Source of the DNA: an uncultured Desulfospira sp.
GTDB taxonomy: Bacteria; Desulfobacterota; Desulfobacteria; Desulfobacterales; Desulfobacteraceae
Assembly: GCA_963663165.1 (NCBI GenBank)
Contig: OY760175.1
Location: 3,232,001 to 3,296,000, forward strand
Length of the DNA stretch: 64,000 bases
Direction of reading: 5' to 3'
Under the pieces are notes generated by a model. It saw nothing but the letters and a program-made list of their open reading frames with translations. It was not told the DNA's origin and did no database searches. Of the stretch, positions 9,541 to 20,669 are shown piece by piece. The number at the start of each line of letters is the position of its first letter. Position 1 is the first letter of the stretch. The position numbers and the translations under genes were made by a program.

Positions 9541-9854
9541 ATACAGTCCCCCATCCATTGAAATGGACCTGATTCAACCATTCTTTTTTTGCCAAACCAC
9601 CGCACACCGGCAAGAAGGACAAAATCAGACATCAAAACTTAAATCAATTGCTGCAACAGGAAAAATTGCTACGATGTAGTACTTTTCAAGGTTAAAATGA
9701 AAAATTTATATGAAAGTCTCACTAACATCCTGAGAAGACTTTCGTTTTTTGTTGTGGACGGTTCTTGGTTGGATAACCAAGGCCGCCCGTGGCCGTTATT
9801 TAGAATCACACCATATCTCTTAATCACTAATCAAGGTTTGACCCCGCCCGTGAC

Positions 9855-12776
9855 CTATAGCATCTGTTTTAAATATGCTCCGGTATGGCTTTCCGGCTCC
9901 CGGGCCACTTTTTCCGGGGGGCCCTGGGCAACGATTTCACCGCCTTTTGCCCCCCCTTCAGGGCCGATATCCAGAATCCAGTCTGCGGTTTTGATGACAT
10001 CCAGGTTATGTTCAATAATGATGATGGTGTTGCCGGCATCCCGCAGCCGTTTTAACACCGACAGCAGCATTCTGACATCCTGGAAATGAAGCCCTGTGGT
10101 GGGTTCGTCCAGGATGTACAGGGTGTCTCCTGTGGCCTGCCGGGCCAGTTCCCGGGCCAGCTTGATCCGCTGGGCCTCTCCCCCGGACAGGGTGGTGGCG
10201 GCCTGGCCGAGCTTGATATAGGAGAGCCCCACATCCATGAGGGTGTCCAGAATCCTGAGGATTTTGGGATGATTTTCAAACAGGTCCCGGGCCTGGTGTA
10301 CGGACAGGTCCAGCACATCGGCAATGGAGTGGTCTTTATAGGTAATTTCCAGGGTAGAGCTGTTAAACCGTTTGCCTTGGCAGACCTCACAGGGGACAAA
10401 CACGTCGGCCAGGAAATGCATCTCCACCTTGATATAGCCGTCTCCCTGGCAGGCCTCGCACCGTCCGCCCTTTACATTAAAGGAGTACCGTCCCTTTTTA
10501 TACCCCCGGGCCTTGGATTCCGGCAGCATGGCAAACAGGTCCCGGATCGGATCAAACACCTTGGTATAGGTGGCCGGATTGCTTCTCGGGGTCCGGCCGA
10601 TGGGCTTCTGGTCGATATTGATCACCTTGTTTAAATGGGACAGGCCGGTGATGGTGCCGTGTTTTCCCACACTCATCTGGGAGTTGTGCAGGCGTACGGC
10701 CAGGGCCGGATAGAGGATCTGGTTGATCAGGGTGGATTTACCGGCCCCGGACACCCCGGTCACCGCCGTGATCAGGCCCAGGGGAATTTTTGCGGTAATG
10801 TTCTTTAAATTATTCTCCCTGGCCCCTTTAAGCGCAATCCAGCGCCCCTTTTCCGGTTTCTTCCGTTGTTCAGGCACCTTAATGGTTTCCCGGCCGGTCA
10901 GGAATTTCCCCGTGATGGATGCCGGGTTTTTCCGGATCTGATCCGGCGTGCCCTGGGCCACGATCTGTCCGCCCAGGTGGCCGGCCCCGGGACCCATGTC
11001 AATGATCCAGTCCGACTCTTCCATGGTTTCCTGGTCATGCTCCACCACGATCAGGGTATTGCCGATGTCCCGCAAATGCTGAAGGGTCCGCAGCAGCTTG
11101 ATGTTGTCCCTCTGGTGAAGGCCGATGGAGGGCTCGTCCAGGATATAAAGAACCCCGGTCAACTCGCTGCCCACCTGGGAGGCCAGCCGGATCCGCTGGG
11201 ACTCCCCGCCGGACAGGGTGGGGCCGCTCCGTTCCAGGGAGAGGTAATCCAGGCCCACGTTAACCAGAAACCCCAGGCGGTCGGATATTTCCTTAAGCAG
11301 CTCGGCCGCAATCAGCTTTTTGCTCCCCTCAAGGTCCAGGCCAATGATAAATTCATGGGCCTGGCGGATGGTCATGGCCGTGACATCAATGATGGATTTC
11401 CCGTTAATCAGCACATGAAGGATCTCCTCCCTGAGCCGCTTCCCCTGGCAGGCCTTGCAGGTGGAGGCGCTCATGAAAGCGGCATAAAATTTCTTCTGGG
11501 ACTCGGACTGGGTGGACTGGTACCGCCGCATCAGGGTGTGGATCAGCCCCTCATGGGTCCGGGTGAACTCACCGTTAACCCCCTTGGAGTTCCATCTCAC
11601 GGTCATGGCCCGGGAGCCGGACCCGTAAAGAATCAGGTCCCGGTGCTTTTGGGGCAGATCCTTCCACGGCTTGTCAAAATCAATTCCCCATTGCTCTTCC
11701 ATGGCCCGAAGCTGGCTTTTGCCCCAGGACTGATCACTGTGAGGGAACCGGGAGTTCTTTAAAAAATAATTTTTCCAGGGCACCACTGCCCCCTGCCGGA
11801 TGGCCAAGGCCGGGTCCGGCACAATTTTATCCGGGTCCATGGCCAGCAGGGTGCCGATGCCGTTGCAGTCCGGACACATGCCCAGGGGAGAGTTGAATGA
11901 AAAAATCTGGGGGATCAGTTCCGGGTAGGCAACGCCGCAGCAGGACCGGGCCTCGCTCATCTTCCGGTCTTCCCGGCCCAGGATGTGGACAATGATCTGG
12001 CCTTTCCCAAGCCTTAAGGCCGTCTCCACGGAATCCGTGAGCCGGGCCTGGAAATCCGTGTCTTTTTTAATGACCAGGCGGTCCACCACCACCTCGATAT
12101 TATGCTTTTTGTTCCGGGCCAGGGCCTGGACCGCCTCAAGTTCCTGGACCACCCCGTCCACCCGGACCCGGCCGTATCCCTCTTTTTGTAACTCTACCAG
12201 CCGTTCCCGGTGCTCCCCTTTCCGGTTTTCCACAATGGGGGCCAAGACCAATATTTTTGATTTTTCCGGCAGTTCCATGATCTGGGAGACCATGCCCTGG
12301 GCATGGCCCCGGCCCACCTGTTGTCCGCATTTGCAGCAGTGCTGGGTCCCCACCCGGGCAAACAGCACCCTTAAATAATCATAAATCTCGGTAATGGTGC
12401 CCACGGTAGACCGGGGATTTTTGGACGCCGCTTTCTGCTCAATGGCAATGGTGGGGGAAAGCCCCCGGATGGTCTCGTACTTTGGTTTTTCCATCTGCCC
12501 GATAAACTGCCGGGCATAGGAGGACAACGACTCCACATACCGTCTCTGCCCCTCGGCAAATATGGTGTCAAAGGCCAGGCTGGACTTGCCCGATCCGGAC
12601 ACCCCCGTGACCACCACCAGCTTTTTTTTGGGAATTTCCACATCAATGTTCTTGAGGTTATGCTCTCTGGCCCCTTTGACAATGATGGTGTTCAACTCTT
12701 TGGACGCCTGTGGCAAAACCGGATCAACTTCTGCCGGAACAACCGGGCCGGCACAGGCACAACTGCCGTCTTTCAT
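9855..12776 (-). CDS. uvrA: Excinuclease ABC subunit A
   Basis: GAREHNLKN, two Walker A motifs ([16 protein letters not shown]), [12 protein letters not shown], Zn fingers. Confidence 0.97.
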   Translation of the reverse strand: MKDGSCACAGPVVPAEVDPVLPQASKELNTIIVKGAREHNLKNIDVEIPKKKLVVVTGVSGSGKSSLAFDTIFAEGQRRYVESLSSYARQFIGQMEKPKYETIRGLSPTIAIEQKAASKNPRSTVGTITEIYDYLRVLFARVGTQHCCKCGQQVGRGHAQGMVSQIMELPEKSKILVLAPIVENRKGEHRERLVELQKEGYGRVRVDGVVQELEAVQALARNKKHNIEVVVDRLVIKKDTDFQARLTDSVETALRLGKGQIIVHILGREDRKMSEARSCCGVAYPELIPQIFSFNSPLGMCPDCNGIGTLLAMDPDKIVPDPALAIRQGAVVPWKNYFLKNSRFPHSDQSWGKSQLRAMEEQWGIDFDKPWKDLPQKHRDLILYGSGSRAMTVRWNSKGVNGEFTRTHEGLIHTLMRRYQSTQSESQKKFYAAFMSASTCKACQGKRLREEILHVLINGKSIIDVTAMTIRQAHEFIIGLDLEGSKKLIAAELLKEISDRLGFLVNVGLDYLSLERSGPTLSGGESQRIRLASQVGSELTGVLYILDEPSIGLHQRDNIKLLRTLQHLRDIGNTLIVVEHDQETMEESDWIIDMGPGAGHLGGQIVAQGTPDQIRKNPASITGKFLTGRETIKVPEQRKKPEKGRWIALKGARENNLKNITAKIPLGLITAVTGVSGAGKSTLINQILYPALAVRLHNSQMSVGKHGTITGLSHLNKVINIDQKPIGRTPRSNPATYTKVFDPIRDLFAMLPESKARGYKKGRYSFNVKGGRCEACQGDGYIKVEMHFLADVFVPCEVCQGKRFNSSTLEITYKDHSIADVLDLSVHQARDLFENHPKILRILDTLMDVGLSYIKLGQAATTLSGGEAQRIKLARELARQATGDTLYILDEPTTGLHFQDVRMLLSVLKRLRDAGNTIIIIEHNLDVIKTADWILDIGPEGGAKGGEIVAQGPPEKVAREPESHTGAYLKQML

Positions 12777-13201
12777 ATATATTGTCTCACCTGTTTATCA
12801 AATTGTATTTCATGGCTCACAGCGGATTGCTGACAGCTAGAAAAAACCATAAGCACGACAGAAAAAAAGTAAACTAAAAATTGAGGAAGACCGCATAACG
12901 GAAGCCGCTTCAGGAACCGATACGGCATCTTGCCCTTGATCATGGACCAGGGGGGGGCAACCCCCTGAATTCCCCGGTTGGACAAAGGCCGATTGGCAAC
13001 TTGACAGCATCCGAATGCTGCCATTTGGTCTGTCAAAATTAATTTTTAATCTTTTTTTAACACGTTCCTTGACAAAAACTAACCTTACATCTTATATCAT
13101 TGCTAAAAAAGATAATTAGCCAAATAAAATATTTGTTATCTTATAAAAACAATTTGACAAGCTTGTTTGCTGTTAAATCGCTGCATATCAGGAGGCCTAA
13201 A

Positions 13202-13531
13202 TTGATTGGAAAACCGTTCCGGAAATTCTTACTGCCCCTGGCGATTTCATTCTTATTTTCCGCTTCTTCCATCGCCGAAACCATAACCTGTGAATACGAC
13301 CATCATAACCGGATTGTTAAAATGGAAAAATCCGATGATTACGTCATTGAGTATTTTTACGATGATGCAGGAAACCGCACACAAACCATAACCCAGGTTC
13401 AAAGCCCTGCATTTGACCATGATTCAGACGCAGACATTGACGGGGCTGACCTGCAGCATTTTATTTTGAATTTCAGCGGCTCCACCGGGGATCTTTTTGA
13501 TTTCTCGCAGATTTTCGGCACTCAAAACTGA
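13202..13531 (+). CDS. Small secreted YD/RHS-repeat protein with dockerin/EF-hand-like C-terminal tail
   Basis: AGGAGG before TTG 13202; signal peptide (RKFLLPLAISFLFSASSIA); EYDHHNRI and YFYDDAGNRT repeats; tail DHDSDADIDGADLQHF...FSQIFG. Confidence 0.75.
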   Translation: MIGKPFRKFLLPLAISFLFSASSIAETITCEYDHHNRIVKMEKSDDYVIEYFYDDAGNRTQTITQVQSPAFDHDSDADIDGADLQHFILNFSGSTGDLFDFSQIFGTQN

Positions 13532-13551
13532 TTTTTCAAAAGGAGAGACCC

Positions 13552-16500
13552 ATGCTTTCGTTTTTTGAGAAAAAAGATATTCCCCGAAAAAATAAAGCCC
13601 CTTCGGGGGGAACCAGACGGTCCGCATTTTGTGTTCCCTTGTTATGGCTTTTGTGTTTGATTAATCTTTGTGTTTTCACAGCGCCCCTGGTTCATGCCGG
13701 TGTATCCGGACCCGGATGGGCCAATGTCCGGGGCCAGGGGGTCACGCCTGAACAGGCAAAGGCATATTATGCACAAAAAAAAGCGCTATCCCTGGAAGCC
13801 ATGTCATTGCTTTCGGAAGAAGGATTGGCAACAGAGGCCACATCAGAAATTGTCGAATTGGCCCGGGGCCTGAACTACGAGCCCAAACTGATTTATGAGT
13901 ATGTGAAAAATCATGTGGACTATGTTCCCTATTTCGGATCGCTCAAAGGGGCCACCCTGACTTACCTTGACGGCTCCGGAAACGACTTTGACCAGGCATC
14001 GCTGATGATCTCTCTATTAAGGGCCAGCGGATATGAAGCCCAATATATTTACGGCACCATGGCCATCCCGGCCTGGGGGGCTGCCGGCCAAAAAGACATG
14101 CAGCACTGGCTGGGCGTCACTGCCGATAATATAGTCGCCGTTATCAATGTGGTCAATTCAATGCTGATAAACGGCGGCATTCCCGGAACCCCCGGCACAA
14201 CCTTTGAGATGGACCGGGTATGGGTCAGCGCCGTGATAGACGGGACCACTTATGTGTTTGATCCGGCGTTTAAGGTATATGAAACCGTTTCCGGAATAGA
14301 TCTTACAGACGCCATGGGATACGACCAGGCAGCGCTGCTTTCGGCTGCCGGCGGCACCCGGGGAACGGACTATATCCGGAATTTAAACGAATCCGCCTTA
14401 CGGACAAAACTGAACACTTACTCCGCCAGCTTATTCAACACCATCCGGGACAACACCCCCAACGCGCACATGGAGGAAGTCGTCGGCGGCAGGCAGATTG
14501 TTCCCGAGTATTCGGACGATCTTCCCACAAGTCTCGAGTTTACAGTCATAACTCAGGAAGATCCCTGGGATGAAATCCCGGATGAATACAGCCATACCAT
14601 CACTATCCGGCACGGTGGCATCGACATAACAAAAGATATAGCAAGCCTTGGGGGCAAACGGCTGTCTTTGACCTATCAGGATGCAGAAGGCAGCACAATG
14701 ACTGCTCTTTCAACAGATTCCCTTTTGTTCTTAACAAAAGCAGATACCGGGCTGTCGGCCGTCTCTATAGAGGGGCCGTCTTCGGTAGAAATGGGGCAGC
14801 CGGCCGACTCAACCCTGTCGCCGGATATACAGGTGACGGCTCCGGATATTGAGGGCGGCGGCATGATAAGCACCAAAGGGACGTCCAGCCAGAGTTTCGG
14901 GCGGATCTACCCGTCTTCTGTGGGATCAAGCTCGAGCTCGGTAACATGGGGGCCATCTGCTCCCAGCACCAATACGGTGACCATTCAACTTGTCGTAAGC
15001 CTGACAAGCAACCCCCAGAGTGCTTATACCATCACCGCCGGGTCGGGAACCCATAACCTGGCACCGGGAAAGGGTGTGAACGTTACGGTTAAATTTTCCA
15101 ACAGCGGACAGTCAGCGGGCACCAAAACCGGCCAACTGAGGTTTCAGTGGAAACATGGCGGGGCCGTTTTTCAAACCGACTATATCAACCTGACCGGCGT
15201 TGTGGCCAATGCGCCGGACATTTCCCTTGGAGGCATCAATTTCGGGCAGGCCATTTTGAACGATCCGCGCACGGCTACGGCCACACTGACGAACAACGGC
15301 TTAAAATATTTATCCCTGACAAGCAACATTGTATTATCAACAGGAAATACCGGCAGATTCCAGATCACATCCAATTACAGAACCGGAAACCTTGCCGCAG
15401 GCGCCACAAGAAATATGGGGGTTACGTATAAAGCAGATGTCCGGGGCTCACACGCTACAGGCATGGCACTCGCCTTCACCTACGACGAGTTGCCTTATAC
15501 CTGGACCTATTCCAATGTTCTGGCAGGAAGCACCCATTACGAACCTGACCTGACAGGGTCCTACAATCCGCCCTCCTGGCAGACATATATGGGGAACAGC
15601 AAATCCGGCAACTGCATTCTCAAAAATTCAGGAAGTTTAAACCTGTCTGTTACAAGCCTTGAAATTACCGGCACGGACGCAGCCCGGTTTGAACTTACAG
15701 GCAATACATCGGCTGGCACTCTCTCTTCCGGGCAGGAACGGGAAATTGAGGTTGAATACAAGGGAGACAGCGTGGGAAGCCATACGGCTTCCGTGCGGGT
15801 CTATTTTTCATATGACGGACGGGCAAGCTATGTTGACTTTTCCTTATCCGGCGAGACCCTTGCAACGCCATTGGCCCGGCTCTGGCTGGATGACACCCTG
15901 ATCGCAGAAGAGACCGCTCCGGTATCCGGGGACGACCTGGATACCATGTTCCTTACCATTACGCATCCTTATCCCGGAGAAGACGGGGATTTTGCCGATC
16001 AGGAAGACATTGAATACCCCATGAAGCGGGGCTCGAATTATTATACCATTATCTATGATTTTGGCGGCAGCCGGGATGGAAGGGTTCTTGAAAAACGCCA
16101 ACGGCAATTAAATACTTACCGCCAGTCCGGGTATGGGGATGGCTCCCGGGAGGTGATCACTGAAGCCCTTAATGTGATGGGCATGACCTGGATGCGGGAC
16201 ACCACGCTAAATGCAACACTGCTGGGAGAAATATCCGGTGTTTTGGGCACCTGGCACCACCGGTTCGGGGTGGTGGCCCAGGAGAGCGGGTATTATATTG
16301 ATGTCAAGGCCCAATCATGTTCCAGCACGTCAAGACACGGAGACGCCGGGGCTGAACAGGCGCATTTCAAGGCCATGAGCCATTTGGCCAGCGCCATGGA
16401 ACATGGGGTCCTGGAACAGATGCAGGTGGACAGCCCGGCGGTCTCGACCGTCAAGCTCTTTGCCCTCAGCAATGAAGCCGGAGATAAGATCTTTGAAGTC

Positions 16501-19500
16501 ACTTCCGATAACTATTCGGACATCGAATCTGAGCTTTCCAACTACAGCGACAAAGACCTGGCCACACTTCAGGCACTGGCAGCCGGCGGCAGCACCCTGA
16601 TCCTTCCGGCCAACGGCCGGATCGGCCTGGAAGCATGGGCCGGCAAAGCCTATATCGAATATGAAATTGAAGGTGACGGGGCCATGCACTGCGGCATGAT
16701 CATCGGCGGTGATTATTACGGCGGCTACAGCGTTTTAAAAGACCGGGCCGTTAACGCATATCAAACCGCAACAGCGGCCATTGCCCAAATATGGTCCTCA
16801 ATCACCGACTTTAAAATAGCCTCCACAGACCCGGTGGACATGGTCACCGGCACTTTTATGGCCAGCAATACCGATCTTGCCCTGGCCGGGGGCGCGGGCG
16901 GCCTGGCCTTTAAACGAAGCTATTTTGGGGCCAACCACCAGATGGACAGCATCCTTGGCTACGGCTGGTCTCACAACTGCGATCTGTATGCCCAGGTGCA
17001 TTCCAGCTCGCCCATGGGGCTTGGCACCCGCCTGCCCGCGGATGCAGCGGCCCTGATCACGGCATCGGTGGTGATCCTGGATCTCATGGCCGGTGATACG
17101 GATCTTGCGGACTGGATGGCCTGTGCCCTGACCGGCCAATGGGCCATGGACAACCTGACCGACAATGCCGTGAGCATCCACCTGGAATCCGATGTACTCA
17201 CCTATATCAGGCAGCCTGACGGCTCCTTTGGCCTGCCCCCGGGGGTGAATGCAAGGCTTTCCCTTGATTCGGGGGGGTACCGCCTGGATGACCGGTTCGA
17301 TAAAACCATCCTGTTCAATGGGGACAACAAAGTCAGCACCATCACCGATGCCGACGGCAACGCCGTCACATTCGCCTATTCCGGGGATAACCTTGCTTCG
17401 GTATCCGATGATTTCGGGCACAGCCTCACCTTTGCCTATTCCGGCGAAAAGCTCTCTTCGGTAACCGACTCCGCGGGAAGAAGTGTTTCCTTTAACTATA
17501 CCGGGGATAACCTGGCCACTTACACCGACCCGGAAAACAAGGCCTGGGTCTACGGGTATGACTCAGACCACCGGATCACCACCCTGGCCAACCCGGAAGG
17601 CATTACCACGGTCACCAATGCTTACGACAGCCTGGGCCGGGTCATGACCCAGACCGTGCCAAGGCAGTCCGGCACGGCAGGTTACAACCTTTACTTTACC
17701 GGATACCGGAACATTGAAGAAGACAGTGACGGCAACCAAACCATATACCACTACGACCGCCGCCAAAGGCTGATCGCCCTGGAAGACGCCCTGGGCAGCA
17801 AGACAAGCCATTCTTATGACGGCCAGAACCATGTCATCCAAACCACCGACCCCCGGGGCAACACCACCCTGTACGAATATGACGGCAGCAACAACCTTGT
17901 CATGTCAACCGACGCCCTGGGCTATGAGACCACCAATGTTTATGACGTGGATTTTCACTTAACGGATGTAACCGATCCCCTGGGCAATCTGGTCCACTAT
18001 AAGTTTGATGAAGAACACCACCTGGTCAACACCGCAGTATACCCGGAGTCCGGCCAGAGCATCGAAACATCTGCCACGTTTTACGCCAACGGCCTGCCCC
18101 ATATTTCAACCGACGCAAGGGGCATTGCCACCACCCTGACCTATGACGCTTACGGCAACCCTGCCGCCAGCCAGACCGCATCCGCCCCGGCCGTCACCTA
18201 CACTTATGACGGAACCGGGCTGATGACGTCCCTGACGGACCAGAAAAGCCAGACCACGGCATTTGCCTATGACAACCGGGGCCTATTAGAGACCCGGACC
18301 GATCCCCTGAGCAAATCCATGGTCCTGGCCTATACCGGTGACGGAAAAATCAGCACCATCACGGACAGGAACAACGATACGGTGACTTATGCTTATACGG
18401 ATTCAGGCAAGATCGGCACGGTCTCCTTCCCGGCCGGGACTCCCATCACATACACCTATGATAACCGGGACAACCTGGTTGCCATGGCGGACAGCACAGG
18501 CACCACCGCCTTTGCCTATGATGCGGTCAACCGGCTGGTTGCCCGGACCGACGCCAGAGGGTTCACCGCAGCATACACATACGATGAAGCCGGAAACCCG
18601 GCCACCCTGAGCTACCCGGACGGCAACACCGTCACCTACACCTATGATGAGCTCAACCGCCTTGCAACGGTCACAGACTGGCTGGGCCGGACCGCAGTAT
18701 ATGATTATGACGCTGCCGGCCGGCTCACCACGCTCACCCAGTTCAACGGAACCCGGGCCGATTACACCTATGACAACGCCAACCGGCTCACCGGCCTTTC
18801 CAACCTGGCCGAAACCGGCGGTGACGTCATTGCCTCCTATTCCTTTACCCTGGACGGCAACGGCAACCGGACCGGCGTCACCCAGGAGACTCCCTTAACG
18901 CTGAACCTGACCGCCGCCACCGTGGATTACACCGTGGGCAGCGCCAACCGCCTGGAAAGCGCCGGCACCGGCAGCTTTGCCTATGACGATGAAGGGCAGC
19001 TCATCTCCGCTTACGGCAGCACCCTCACCTTTGACTATGAACACCGGCTGACCGGCATTGCCGGTGAAACAACAAGCCAGTTCAAATACGACGGGGCCGG
19101 CAACCGCCTGGAAGCCGACCGCAACGGGACTGTTACCCGGTACATCTACGACGATTCGGGCAACCTCCTGGCCGAGGCGGACAGCAGCAACCAGATTACC
19201 CGGTACTACATTTACGGGGCAGGCCTCCTGGCCATGGTGGACACTGCCAACACCATGTACTGCTACCACTTTGACGCCACCGGCCACACCATTGCCATGA
19301 CAGACAATGCCAAAGCCATTGTCAACGCCTATGCCTATACCCCCTTCGGCATCCTCGCCAATCAAACCCAAACCATTGAACAGCCGTTCAAGTTCGTGGG
19401 CCAATACGGGGTCATGGCCGAAGACAACGGCTGGTATTATATGCGGGCCAGATATTATGACCCGGAAACCGGCCGGTTCATCTCGGAAGACCCGCTCGGA

Positions 19501-19950
19501 TTTGACGGCGGAGATGTTAACCTGTATGTTTATGCCTCAAATAATCCTGTTATGTTCATTGATCCGTTGGGATTGTGTACGGAATATAATTCAGGAACAC
19601 TTTTCCGTACGCTAGTTCCTGGGCAAATTGCATGGGATAATGCTATGACTTCATTTAACCAAGGAGATTATACTTCTGCTGGTCTATCTACAGTTGAAAT
19701 GCTTGGAGAGCAAGTGTTGACAGTATTAACATTAGGTGAAAGCCAGGCAATTGCTCAATCAAGCAAACAAGCTACAGATGCTGCATTTAAGTATGCTTTT
19801 GGGAAAGGGGGTCTTCTTAACAGTAACAGATACCTTCGATTAGGTGTCGGTCGAAAAGGAGGGGAAAAAGTATTTCGTGCTAGTGGGCAGTGGATAAATA
19901 AAATTTCAAAATCAGGCCACATTGATCTTTTTAAAATGGGGAAATTATAG
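13552..19950 (+). CDS. Rhs/YD-repeat polymorphic toxin with signal peptide, transglutaminase-like domain, Ig-like domains and C-terminal toxin
   Basis: DPVDMVTG core start, many YDxxGRL repeats, YYMRARYYDPETGRFISEDPLG...NPVMFIDPLGL autoproteolysis motif, low-GC C-terminus. Confidence 0.92.
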   Translation: MLSFFEKKDIPRKNKAPSGGTRRSAFCVPLLWLLCLINLCVFTAPLVHAGVSGPGWANVRGQGVTPEQAKAYYAQKKALSLEAMSLLSEEGLATEATSEIVELARGLNYEPKLIYEYVKNHVDYVPYFGSLKGATLTYLDGSGNDFDQASLMISLLRASGYEAQYIYGTMAIPAWGAAGQKDMQHWLGVTADNIVAVINVVNSMLINGGIPGTPGTTFEMDRVWVSAVIDGTTYVFDPAFKVYETVSGIDLTDAMGYDQAALLSAAGGTRGTDYIRNLNESALRTKLNTYSASLFNTIRDNTPNAHMEEVVGGRQIVPEYSDDLPTSLEFTVITQEDPWDEIPDEYSHTITIRHGGIDITKDIASLGGKRLSLTYQDAEGSTMTALSTDSLLFLTKADTGLSAVSIEGPSSVEMGQPADSTLSPDIQVTAPDIEGGGMISTKGTSSQSFGRIYPSSVGSSSSSVTWGPSAPSTNTVTIQLVVSLTSNPQSAYTITAGSGTHNLAPGKGVNVTVKFSNSGQSAGTKTGQLRFQWKHGGAVFQTDYINLTGVVANAPDISLGGINFGQAILNDPRTATATLTNNGLKYLSLTSNIVLSTGNTGRFQITSNYRTGNLAAGATRNMGVTYKADVRGSHATGMALAFTYDELPYTWTYSNVLAGSTHYEPDLTGSYNPPSWQTYMGNSKSGNCILKNSGSLNLSVTSLEITGTDAARFELTGNTSAGTLSSGQEREIEVEYKGDSVGSHTASVRVYFSYDGRASYVDFSLSGETLATPLARLWLDDTLIAEETAPVSGDDLDTMFLTITHPYPGEDGDFADQEDIEYPMKRGSNYYTIIYDFGGSRDGRVLEKRQRQLNTYRQSGYGDGSREVITEALNVMGMTWMRDTTLNATLLGEISGVLGTWHHRFGVVAQESGYYIDVKAQSCSSTSRHGDAGAEQAHFKAMSHLASAMEHGVLEQMQVDSPAVSTVKLFALSNEAGDKIFEVTSDNYSDIESELSNYSDKDLATLQALAAGGSTLILPANGRIGLEAWAGKAYIEYEIEGDGAMHCGMIIGGDYYGGYSVLKDRAVNAYQTATAAIAQIWSSITDFKIASTDPVDMVTGTFMASNTDLALAGGAGGLAFKRSYFGANHQMDSILGYGWSHNCDLYAQVHSSSPMGLGTRLPADAAALITASVVILDLMAGDTDLADWMACALTGQWAMDNLTDNAVSIHLESDVLTYIRQPDGSFGLPPGVNARLSLDSGGYRLDDRFDKTILFNGDNKVSTITDADGNAVTFAYSGDNLASVSDDFGHSLTFAYSGEKLSSVTDSAGRSVSFNYTGDNLATYTDPENKAWVYGYDSDHRITTLANPEGITTVTNAYDSLGRVMTQTVPRQSGTAGYNLYFTGYRNIEEDSDGNQTIYHYDRRQRLIALEDALGSKTSHSYDGQNHVIQTTDPRGNTTLYEYDGSNNLVMSTDALGYETTNVYDVDFHLTDVTDPLGNLVHYKFDEEHHLVNTAVYPESGQSIETSATFYANGLPHISTDARGIATTLTYDAYGNPAASQTASAPAVTYTYDGTGLMTSLTDQKSQTTAFAYDNRGLLETRTDPLSKSMVLAYTGDGKISTITDRNNDTVTYAYTDSGKIGTVSFPAGTPITYTYDNRDNLVAMADSTGTTAFAYDAVNRLVARTDARGFTAAYTYDEAGNPATLSYPDGNTVTYTYDELNRLATVTDWLGRTAVYDYDAAGRLTTLTQFNGTRADYTYDNANRLTGLSNLAETGGDVIASYSFTLDGNGNRTGVTQETPLTLNLTAATVDYTVGSANRLESAGTGSFAYDDEGQLISAYGSTLTFDYEHRLTGIAGETTSQFKYDGAGNRLEADRNGTVTRYIYDDSGNLLAEADSSNQITRYYIYGAGLLAMVDTANTMYCYHFDATGHTIAMTDNAKAIVNAYAYTPFGILANQTQTIEQPFKFVGQYGVMAEDNGWYYMRARYYDPETGRFISEDPLGFDGGDVNLYVYASNNPVMFIDPLGLCTEYNSGTLFRTLVPGQIAWDNAMTSFNQGDYTSAGLSTVEMLGEQVLTVLTLGESQAIAQSSKQATDAAFKYAFGKGGLLNSNRYLRLGVGRKGGEKVFRASGQWINKISKSGHIDLFKMGKL

Positions 19951-19970
19951 ATTGTCTATGTAGAATTATC

Positions 19971-20249
19971 ATGAAAAAACTTACAACCTTTCAAATAAAA
20001 TGCGAAGATAAGGCGATGGAACTCTTATCCCGACATGGTATAGTTCTTCAAAACAGAAATTTAGGTGGAGAAAGCGAAATTTATATCCATGCTCGATTAA
20101 AGGATACGGAAATTTGGATTTATGAAGATGAAGCAATGATTTACGGGAATGGAAAAGACATCCGTTTTGAGTCCCCAGACTATGATACGGAGGATCAATT
20201 GATTGAAGCCTTTATTTCTGGTTTAAAATCTGTGCTTAACAGTGATTAA
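19971..20249 (+). CDS. Putative immunity protein for Rhs CT1
   Basis: 92-aa acidic, low-GC ORF 20 bp after the toxin stop. Confidence 0.7.
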   Translation: MKKLTTFQIKCEDKAMELLSRHGIVLQNRNLGGESEIYIHARLKDTEIWIYEDEAMIYGNGKDIRFESPDYDTEDQLIEAFISGLKSVLNSD

Positions 20250-20296
20250 GGAAAATACTTATAAATTTCACCCCGATTCAGGAACCTGGCAAAAGG

Positions 20297-20365
20297 CCAT
20301 GGGGCCAGGTTTGACATTCTGACATACTAACACCGGGTCTTGATCGCTGATCAAGACCCGGTGTT
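20297..20365. repeat. Repeat unit ATGGGGYCAGGYTTGACATT plus palindrome AACACCGGGTCTTGATC-GCT-GATCAAGACCCGGTGTT
   Basis: Second, truncated copy at 25441-25513. Confidence 0.75.
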
Positions 20366-20669
20366 ATTTTTAACTGCCTTAAAAGTCCCTTGAAGGGCAC
20401 CATGTTGAGCGAGGCGAATAAATCACCGTTGAGCAGAGCGAATAAGGCAGGACGCAAAGTAGACCCCTTTGAAAAAGTGGGCCTACTTTGCATGTCCTGT
20501 CACCCTAACGCTCTATCTTTTTATGGCTTAATCTGATTTTTTATATTTGATATGTGGCGGGGTCGGGCCGAGCTAATAGAGTGAAATATATGAAAATACC
20601 ATTAAAAGATATCCTTAAAACAGGCTTAAGTTGACGTTTTTGGGTGCAAAATGAACGTTATAAGAAAGT

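Noticed and set aside
20446..20501. GGACGCAAAG as a c-di-GMP-I riboswitch
   Set aside because: It lacks the upstream GGCAAAC and GAAA-capped stem; the motif is one arm of a simple long hairpin
20404..20514. Integron attC site
   Set aside because: The GTTRRRY boxes precede the hairpin instead of following it, there is no proper RYYYAAC partner, and no integrase is present
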